Positions 29,940-36,791 of a stretch of DNA of 43,102 bases are shown one piece after another. Both the position numbers and the translations under genes were made by a program. This DNA comes from Leptospirales bacterium (GTDB lineage Bacteria > Spirochaetota > Leptospiria > Turneriellales > JAOUFE01). How positions within the stretch are numbered: the first letter of the stretch is position 1; each line of letters starts with the position of its first letter. Where the stretch lies: assembly GCA_040326155.1 (NCBI GenBank), contig JBEQLE010000035.1, positions 1-43,102 on the forward strand, in the 5' to 3' direction. Below the pieces are notes generated by a model. It searched no databases. It was not told the DNA's origin and worked only from the letters and a program-made list of their open reading frames with translations.

Positions 29940-30673
29940 GTCAAACTGCTGAACAAGTAAAAACCGATTTGCGGGCTTATTCCAATGCCAAAAATGCAGC
30001 TAATTTACAACGGTTTTTTAAAACCGCTAAAGGGGATTACGGCGAAGGCGATAAGTTTTTAGGAATTAAAGTTCCCGAAATTCGAAAAGTGGCCGCCAAA
30101 TTTATTGACCTTACATTTAAACATCTTGAAACCTTGTTGACTTCCTCTTTTCATGAGGAGAGATTTTTAGCCCTTGCTATTTTGACAAAAAAGTTTGCGC
30201 GGGCCAATTCTGCCGTTCCCGAAACCGAAACAAAAGAACAAATTTACGAGTTCTACATGGCCCACACAGACAACATTAACAACTGGGATCTTGTCGATGT
30301 CAGCGCCCCCCAAATTGTCGGGGGTTATCTTTATCCGTTGGGTTCTCGTTTCTGGTCTGTATTATACAAAATGGCTGAAGAAGATCATTTGTGGCGAAAG
30401 CGTATTTCCATTATTTCGACTTTTACATTTATTCGACAAGGCGTTTTTAAGCCCACCCTTGACATAGCCAAAATATTGCTCAACGACGAACACGATCTTA
30501 TACACAAAGCCGTCGGCTGGATGCTGCGTGAGGTTGCCAATCGCGATCGCCCCCCGGTCGAAAAGTTTTTACAAGAACACTGTAAAACAATGCCGCGCAC
30601 CATGCTGCGCTACGCGATAGAAAAGTTCCCCGAAGAGCTGCGGCAAGAATACCTGAAAAAGATCTGTAAGTGA
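29936..30673 (+). CDS. DNA alkylation repair protein (AlkD-like)
   Basis: FFKT..G.YGEGD.FLG.KVP, NNWDLVD, DLIHKAVGWMLRE, PRTMLRYAIE. Confidence 0.92.
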   Translation: MSQTAEQVKTDLRAYSNAKNAANLQRFFKTAKGDYGEGDKFLGIKVPEIRKVAAKFIDLTFKHLETLLTSSFHEERFLALAILTKKFARANSAVPETETKEQIYEFYMAHTDNINNWDLVDVSAPQIVGGYLYPLGSRFWSVLYKMAEEDHLWRKRISIISTFTFIRQGVFKPTLDIAKILLNDEHDLIHKAVGWMLREVANRDRPPVEKFLQEHCKTMPRTMLRYAIEKFPEELRQEYLKKICK

Positions 30674-30700
30674 AATTCACTTTAAATTAAAAGGATATTT

Positions 30701-30723
30701 GCAGGTGGGGAAAAAACCACCTA
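30701..30723 (+). repeat. Hairpin direct repeat left of the TA module
   Basis: GCAGGTGGGGAAAAAACCACCTA. Confidence 0.75.
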
Positions 30724-30811
30724 CAGGTTGTGGATCCCTGACTACTGATCTTTACTCAAGATTAACTTGACAGCAGAAATCAATTACTCTATATTAAATA
30801 AAAGGTTAAAC

Positions 30812-31024
30812 ATGGATAAGTTGTTATTAGATAAAGTTCTTGAAATGCCGCCTGCTGAAAGAGTCTCTTTTGCTGAACTGGTACTTGCTTCCATCGATCA
30901 CGAAGACGATGAATTAAGAAAGTCTTGGATAAGCGAAGTCAAGGATAGAATGCAAGCGGTCGAAGATGGCAAGGCCAGTTTAATTGACTTTGAAGATCTG
31001 TATCATGAAAGTACGGATTCATGA
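30812..31024 (+). CDS. Addiction module antitoxin
   Basis: LEMPPAER..AE.VLASID...SW.SEV..R; promoter TTGACA-N17-TATATT at 30767-30795. Confidence 0.85.
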   Translation: MDKLLLDKVLEMPPAERVSFAELVLASIDHEDDELRKSWISEVKDRMQAVEDGKASLIDFEDLYHESTDS

Positions 31025-31301
31025 GCTTGCTGCACTCGAATTAAATGAGGCGGTAGAATGGTATGAACTTCAGTCTGTCGGCTTGGGTCTACGATATAAG
31101 AAATCAATTTATGCGCAGGTTAACAAAATAAAAAACAACCCAAAGTGGTTTTTAATGGAAGAAGAGAATATTTTCAAGGCCTACATTCCAAAATTCCCGT
31201 ACAAAATATTATACTCAATAGAAGAAACAACAATTATTATTTGGGCGATTGCTCACTTGCATCGAGAACCCACCTATTGGCAAAATCGCCGAATAAATTG
31301 A
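31005..31301 (+). CDS. RelE/ParE family toxin
   Basis: IHELA..EL.EAVEWYE....GLG.RY, KFPYKILY, IWAIAH.HREP.YW. Confidence 0.9.
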   Translation: MKVRIHELAALELNEAVEWYELQSVGLGLRYKKSIYAQVNKIKNNPKWFLMEEENIFKAYIPKFPYKILYSIEETTIIIWAIAHLHREPTYWQNRRIN

Positions 31302-31318
31302 AAAACTGTTTACCGGTA

Positions 31319-31340
31319 GCAGGTGGGGAAAAACCATCTA
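31319..31340 (+). repeat. Hairpin direct repeat right of the TA module
   Basis: GCAGGTGGGGAAAAACCATCTA. Confidence 0.75.
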
Positions 31341-31432
31341 GTAGAAATCTATTTTGTACTTGTCAGGTGACTTTGTTGACTTTTTATAGAGTATGCGCCA
31401 TTTCGTGTTTTCCCTCAGTTTGTTGTTAAGGC

Positions 31433-31471
31433 GGAGCGGTCCTCCGAAACTTGAACAGAGTTTCGGTCGCC
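31433..31471 (+). repeat. Structured repeat family B, copy 1
   Basis: GGAGCGGTCCTCCGAAACTTGAACAGAGTTTCGGTCGCC; second copy at 36470-36508. Confidence 0.8.
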
Positions 31472-31548
31472 TCAAGTGAATTAGTTGAGACTTGAAAAAA
31501 TTTGCCTTCGGCAACAGATCAGTAACGACTTTATAAGGAGATAATAAA

Positions 31549-32136
31549 ATGAAAAAAAGAATAATATTGCTAATCATTGGTGTTATGCTATTAAGTTCTA
31601 GTTGTAAAGCAGAGCACAATTTGCAGTTGTCTATCAAGGCTGATAAAAAAAACTATAGCTCTGGAAATTTAATAAAAATAGAATATACTTTTACAAATAC
31701 AGGGAAGGATAGCCTGTATCTATCTATATATGATATTGAACACCGTCTAAAAGAAAATACTTTTCTCGAATTATCCAAAGATGTACGTTTGCAATTAAAA
31801 GATTGGACAAAAAGGAAAATGCCAATTGTCACAGAAGATAATTTTATTCTGCTGGAATCAGGGAAACAATATAAGATGGAAGTTGTTTTCGAAACTATCT
31901 TAAAAAACGATGATTCCTGGCGCTATCTGCAAACTTCAAAGAAGTATTCATGGCGTACAGGGGACACTCAGATCAAAAAAGGAACATATAAAATCGGTTG
32001 CATTTTTCAGAATAATGGAGATGATTTCGAAAAATTAATCCATAAAGATAAAATTATGAGACATGTAGATTCTGGCGCATCAAATGTATGGACGGGAATT
32101 GTATCATCGAATACTATTGACATTACAATAAAATAG
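31549..32136 (+). CDS. Hypothetical lipoprotein, Ig-like; cassette-type gene
   Basis: SD AAGGAG, lipobox-like LSSSC, followed by an attC-like site. Confidence 0.8.
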   Translation: MKKRIILLIIGVMLLSSSCKAEHNLQLSIKADKKNYSSGNLIKIEYTFTNTGKDSLYLSIYDIEHRLKENTFLELSKDVRLQLKDWTKRKMPIVTEDNFILLESGKQYKMEVVFETILKNDDSWRYLQTSKKYSWRTGDTQIKKGTYKIGCIFQNNGDDFEKLIHKDKIMRHVDSGASNVWTGIVSSNTIDITIK

Positions 32137-32140
32137 AAAC

Positions 32141-32198
32141 TTATAACAACGGTAATGCAGTCGATCCGAAAGAAGGGCGGCTGATTTTTTCATTATAA
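32141..32198 (+). other. Degenerate attC-like site
   Basis: TTATAAC-aacggt-AATGCAGTCG...CGGCTGATT-ttttc-ATTATAA; R' reads ATT instead of GTT; starts 4 nt after stop. Confidence 0.6.
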
Positions 32199-32200
32199 AT

Positions 32201-32551
32201 CTAAGCTTTCTTTTTTTCTAAAACTAAATAGAATAATGAACCAATAAAGCCAGTCATTAATATAATTATAAACCAAATTATTTTTCTTTCTTTTTCAATC
32301 GTATGGTTTTTTATTAAATCGACTATTGACCAAACCCATAGTAAAATTGAAGCTATACCAATGGCAATTATAAATATGTAAATTAAGGAATAAATTAGAG
32401 GAAAAAAGAGAGATTTAATAATATCAAAAGTATTTGGGTTGTCCACCGGAATAGTGGCTCTTGATACGAAATAAAGTAAAACAAATATCGAAAAAGTAAT
32501 AATTAAGAATAAAAATGTATATTTATATTTTTTGGGAATATTGTTTATCAT
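32201..32551 (-). CDS. Membrane protein with PLDc_N-like C-terminus
   Basis: WVWSIVDL...KIIWFIIILMTGFIGSLFYL; ATG 6 nt after GTTAAAA. Confidence 0.7.
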   Translation of the reverse strand: MINNIPKKYKYTFLFLIITFSIFVLLYFVSRATIPVDNPNTFDIIKSLFFPLIYSLIYIFIIAIGIASILLWVWSIVDLIKNHTIEKERKIIWFIIILMTGFIGSLFYLVLEKKKA

Positions 32552-32557
32552 AAAATC

Positions 32558-32578
32558 TTTTAACTTCTGTTGTGTGAA
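32558..32578 (-). other. Truncated attC (R'' and R' joined by 4 nt)
   Basis: Minus strand ttcACACAAC-agaa-GTTAAAA. Confidence 0.55.
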
Positions 32579-32607
32579 GGAATGTATTCGTAGAAATTTT
32601 CACTTTA

Positions 32608-33021
32608 TTAGAAATCGGTGACTCCCCAGGTATCATTGTATTTTTTGACCCAGACGGTATTCACTTCAGGTTCCCCGTCAATTTCAACAAATACTTTGAA
32701 TGCGATACCAGGTCTTTCCCCGTCGTTTTTCTTATCTCTTTCAATTTTAATTATTTTCATTTTACTGAATAATTCGAAAAGTTTTTCGCATGGGTTTCTT
32801 TTTTCAAACTGTTCTCGTAACACAGGATGAGTTGAAGCAAACAACATTTCACAATTTTGAGATTTTGCAGCTTTAAAAAAGGTTCTTATCATTCTTTCCG
32901 CTTGCGTGCTGTCTTTGTCTTTTATTAAAGAATTTTCTTTTTCAATATGTTGAATACAACCATTAAATAGAACTATATGAAAAAAGAATACTATGGCAAT
33001 ATATTGAAATTGGGGCTTCAT
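32608..33021 (-). CDS. Hypothetical lipoprotein, NTF2-like; cassette gene
   Basis: LFNGC lipobox-like; helix-helix-beta pattern; bounded by GTTGTGTGAA...TTCACACAAC. Confidence 0.7.
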   Translation of the reverse strand: MKPQFQYIAIVFFFHIVLFNGCIQHIEKENSLIKDKDSTQAERMIRTFFKAAKSQNCEMLFASTHPVLREQFEKRNPCEKLFELFSKMKIIKIERDKKNDGERPGIAFKVFVEIDGEPEVNTVWVKKYNDTWGVTDF

Positions 33022-33093
33022 AACAGCATTTCTCCTTAAACTACTACTCAAAGATAAACACATCTGGTCAAGTAAAGATAGATAATACTTTCT

Positions 33094-33150
33094 TTCACAC
33101 AACGGGTTTCGGTAATCCCTGTAAGTTCCCGCTTTGACGGGTAGGTCCAT
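33094..33150 (-). other. attC right half ending in R' GTTGTGT
   Basis: CCCGtcaaagCGGG hairpin then gggattaccgaaacccGTTGTGTgaa. Confidence 0.55.
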
Positions 33151-33154
33151 CCAA

Positions 33155-33414
33155 TCGAAAAGAGGCCGGTAAATTTATTGACCTTACATTTAAACATCTT
33201 GAAACCTTGATAACTTCCTCTTTTCACGAGGAGAGATTTCTCGCCCTTGCTATTTTGACAAAAAAGTTTGCGCGGGCCAATTCTGCCGTTCCTGAAACCG
33301 AAACAAAAGAAAAAATTTACGAATTTTATATGGCCCACACAGACAACATCAACAACTGGGATCTTGTGGATGTCAGCGCCCCCCAAATTGTCGGGGGTTA
33401 TCTTTATCCGTTGG
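33155..33414 (+). pseudogene. Internal 260-bp copy of the alkD-like gene (30082-30341)
   Basis: Ungapped alignment with 15 substitutions by manual count; lacks the alkD start and 3' half. Confidence 0.92.
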
Positions 33415-33459
33415 CCTGGAAGGGCTTTGCCCTTCTTTGCAGATTGAAATTTGTTAGAT
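33415..33459 (+). other. attC right half ending in GTTAGAT
   Basis: GAAGGGCtttGCCCTTC hairpin then gcagattgaaatttGTTAGAT; near-identical to 36713-36733. Confidence 0.55.
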
Positions 33460-33490
33460 GAAGTGCCAATTAATACCAATGAAGAATATG

Positions 33491-33793
33491 CTAATGAGTA
33501 TTTAGCCATTCCGGATCATTTGCTTTGTTTGTATAATTCCACATTAAGTCTTTGTTAAGAGTACGCCATACCGGGAGGTATAGATCACCATTTTGCTTGA
33601 GTAAATAATTCTCGTTATAATACTTGAGAACATGAATGATTTCCTTCTTTAAATCCGTAGGGATTGGTGCATCAGAAACAATGAATTTTTCGTTTTTGTA
33701 GTATATAAGCTTAAAGCGTACAAAGTAAATTTTGTTTAACCAGACAAATAGAATAACAACTATTGGTACTATCCAAATTGTGTGTTTTGCCAT
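33491..33793 (-). CDS. Small membrane-anchored protein, candidate immunity or partner
   Basis: ATG overlaps upstream TAA (TAATG); N-terminal TM. Confidence 0.7.
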   Translation of the reverse strand: MAKHTIWIVPIVVILFVWLNKIYFVRFKLIYYKNEKFIVSDAPIPTDLKKEIIHVLKYYNENYLLKQNGDLYLPVWRTLNKDLMWNYTNKANDPEWLNTH

Positions 33794-34627
33794 TACGGAC
33801 CCTTCCATTGAAAATTTTCATCATTAAACCAATAATCGATAATTTTTATTTTTGCAGATAATTTTTGAGACCAGTGCGCTTCCATGCGAAATGGCGCCGC
33901 GCCTCTATGTTTTTGCAAGAGAAGGGCGTCTTCATCCGAAATAGAACCAAAACCCGGTATGTACGCAGCGAGGCCAGCGTGCCAGTTATACGGATCCCAC
34001 CATCGATGTTTAACTATACCGGTAATGGTTACGTATTCGCCGTTCATGACTAACTTGAAATTCCCATGGGAAGTAATGGTACTAGTGCCACTGGCATAAT
34101 ACAACTCTCCAAATTGACTTGCAGTGAGAGAACGGTCCCAGTAGTCATGAAAATTCCGGGTACTATTATCTTTCATTTTGTCAGCGATATCGGATAGGGA
34201 ACCTTCAAACCTTTCTCTGTTTTTCTCTTCAGCATCCAAGACTGATTCAAAACCTCGAAGCCAGCTTACACTGAGCTTTTTTACCCCTCCGGTACCGTCT
34301 AAAAATCGCTCGAGATTATCAGCCGCTACATCATACCCATCCTCTCTTGCGGAAGTGATCATTTCTCTGTATCGTTTTTCAATTTCATCAAGCCGGGTAT
34401 TTAATTTCTTACTTTCATCTTCCTCTGTAGAATCTGCGGTAATATTCTTTGGACTGTTGGTATTTTTTTCTTGTCTTTGAATTTTGTTATCACTATTGTT
34501 AACAAAAATGTCTTTCCTTCCTATAGAAAATATGGGTGTAACAAATTTGTTTTGACAGGTATCGTGTACCCGAAAGAATAATTCGAGAGTTCCGGATCTG
34601 AGAATTTAATAAAAGGAGTGTCACACC

Positions 34628-35737
34628 ATGAAAACAATTGCACATTTAGGACTGGATGTCCACAAAGAAACCATAACTGCGGCCTTGGTCAAGTCTAATT
34701 CGAGAACATGCGAATTAACGCAGAAACTACCGCACCGTATATCGAGGATAAAGAAATATTTAAAAGAACTGAGTAAAACTTATGATTTACGGATTTGCTA
34801 CGAAGCCGGTTGCACCGGATTTAAACTCTATCGGGAGTTAACTAAAGTCGGCTACTCTTGCACCGTAATAGCCCCTTCTTCTTTGCCAAAAAATAATAAG
34901 AAAGTTAAAACCGATAAAATCGACGCACAGAATTTGGCTCTCTATTTTAAAAACGGACTGTTCAGCCCGGTAAATGTTCCCGACGAAGACCTCGAAATGG
35001 ACAAGGATTTAGTCCGTTTTCGCGAAACGCAGGTAAAAAACACAACCCGAGTAAAACTACAAATCAAATCGTTCCTGCTCAGGAAAGGCATTGAATATGA
35101 ATACGAAACCTGGAATAAGAGTTTCATGGACTTCCTTGGCACTCTTGAGTTAAATCGTAAAGACAGGGCCACCTTGAACATGTATCTCGGGCACTTGAAT
35201 TATCAAAGCAAACTAGTTGAAGAACTGACCCAGGAAATTTCTTCTCTTTCTATGACCGACCGATACAACGAGCCGGTAAAGATTCTTTGCGGTTTTCGCG
35301 GAATCCAGACGGTCACCGCGATGACTATTATGACCCACATTCCTGATTTCAGGGGGTTTTCTAATCCGAAATACCTGGCTTCGTATGTAGGTGTCGTTGC
35401 CGGTGAGCACTCATCCGGAGATACAAGAATCAACCTCGGGATCACCAAGCATGGGAATAGTCTATTGCGAAAGGCATTTGTGAGCGCCGCGCAGCATTTT
35501 ACCAGGGCCGATAAAACCGGGGAAAAATTGAGAAAAGATAGAGAGAAATTGCCGGCTAATATCAGGGCCATCATAGATCGCTCCGATCGGCGTTGCAGAA
35601 AAGTTCTCTATAAATTAATCCACAAGGGCAAACATATCAACAAGGCCAAAACTGCCATAGCCAGAGAATTGATCGGATTTACCTGGGAGGCCATGATGAC
35701 TCATTATAACGGTGAGCTTAAAGGACATGAAGCCTAA
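34628..35737 (+). CDS. IS110 DEDD transposase/recombinase
   Basis: GLDVHK, CYEAG, KTDKIDA, YVG...EHSSG, ITKHGN.LLR, AIAREL. Confidence 0.96.
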   Translation: MKTIAHLGLDVHKETITAALVKSNSRTCELTQKLPHRISRIKKYLKELSKTYDLRICYEAGCTGFKLYRELTKVGYSCTVIAPSSLPKNNKKVKTDKIDAQNLALYFKNGLFSPVNVPDEDLEMDKDLVRFRETQVKNTTRVKLQIKSFLLRKGIEYEYETWNKSFMDFLGTLELNRKDRATLNMYLGHLNYQSKLVEELTQEISSLSMTDRYNEPVKILCGFRGIQTVTAMTIMTHIPDFRGFSNPKYLASYVGVVAGEHSSGDTRINLGITKHGNSLLRKAFVSAAQHFTRADKTGEKLRKDREKLPANIRAIIDRSDRRCRKVLYKLIHKGKHINKAKTAIARELIGFTWEAMMTHYNGELKGHEA

Positions 35738-35964
35738 TATTTAGTAAGGCATATTGAGGTGGTACGGAAATCAAAAAGGACGTTGATGAATCACGACTCG
35801 CACTTGTGGTAACCAGTCCACGGATAACAGTTTGGTAAAACGCCGAATGAAAATTCCCGATGTCCGTACCAAGTCCTCGTGTTAGAATTGGAGGTTATTA
35901 GTATGAAATCATGATAATGGAACTTTGCGTTCTTAGAAGCGAAAAATCATTTTTTGCTTTGACA
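35738..35964 (+). ncRNA. Putative bridge/seek RNA region
   Basis: Stem GGTACGGA/TCCGTACC (35761-68/35863-70) enclosing CTCGCACT and ATAACAG, which match the target flank and the IS end. Confidence 0.7.
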
Positions 35965-36469
35965 TTACACCCATAACAGTGCGAGCGCTATCGGATTCAT
36001 TACTTTGTTGTTCATGTATATTATTTGATATATTTATTCCCAATTTTCTTTGTAAATATCCCGATTTCCATAAATGTTCTACTGCTCGATTTCCAATTGT
36101 GCGTTGCAAATACATGATATACTCGCGACGATTGGTTATAATCGCATTTTGAAAGGAATTCTTTGTCGATGAGCTACTATCTGTAGACGTCTTAGATGAT
36201 GAGCTTTTATCGCCTCCAGAATTCTTATTTAATGGAGAATGAAAGGACATATAAAGCAATTGTAATTAATGAAGATATAATTGCAACAATGTTTTTGTGG
36301 TGTAATAAACAGTTATCTGCAAAGATGGATTGTATTAAATGCATTGGCATTTTACATAACGTGGAGGTTTTGTCTGGTGTTTTGGGGCTTTCGTAGTCAG
36401 CCATGGGTACACCAAACTAACTCCCATAATTTGTGCGAGGCCGACATCCGATAGCGGCAGCGGTAGGAT

Positions 36470-36508
36470 GGAGTGGTCCTCCGAAATCTGCACAGGATTT
36501 CGGTCGCC
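36470..36508 (+). repeat. Structured repeat family B, copy 2
   Basis: GGAGTGGTCCTCCGAAATCTGCACAGGATTTCGGTCGCC. Confidence 0.8.
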
Positions 36509-36676
36509 AGGGCGGTTAAGCGAAAGTCGCGCCAAAATGTGGTTGAGCTATTTGCGAAAAAACAATTGATCTTATGTCTCTTTTGAAATAAGTGTAATTT
36601 TAAAATATAATATGTTGCTAAGGTCAAGTGCGCGCCAAAAAGGGCGAAGCCCTCTTAGGTCGCGACTGAGCCGTTG

Positions 36677-36733
36677 GCCAGTTGGCCCCTGCCAATTGGC
36701 CCCGGCCAATTGGCAGGTTGAAATTTGTTAGAT
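36677..36733 (+). repeat. 3x GCCARTTGGC palindromes (14-bp period) joined to an attC-like right half (GTTAGAT)
   Basis: Copies at 36677, 36691, 36705; GTTAGAT at 36727-36733. Confidence 0.7.
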
Positions 36734-36791
36734 AAGTGACCACTATAGAATTAATTCACTACGCTAAATCTTGAGCATGTAAGGAAAAGTT

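Larger units (their letters stand above)
34527..35979 (+). mobile_element. IS110 family (IS1111-like) insertion sequence, 1453 bp
   Basis: Subterminal IR TATGGGTGTAA 34531-34541 / TTACACCCATA 35965-35975; AG core at 34525-26 and 35978-79; long 3' non-coding end; outward TTGACA 35959-64. Confidence 0.9.
33793..36250 (-). pseudogene. eCIS-effector-like gene split by the IS110 element
   Basis: N-part has LQRTIGNRAV and LQRKL; C-part has KIQRQ; removing 34527-35979 restores one frame (..SART-IGRKD..), about 334 aa. Confidence 0.8.

Noticed and set aside
30082..33414. alkD and its partial copy as a DGR TR/VR pair
   Set aside because: Differences are not adenine-specific, are largely synonymous, and no RT is present
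33048..33509. 153-aa minus ORF and 84-aa plus ORF
   Set aside because: By-products of the alkD fragment and attC halves
36677..36714. Short periodic repeats (also 41365-41392) as a CRISPR array
   Set aside because: Units are 11-14 bp with no unique spacers and no cas genes
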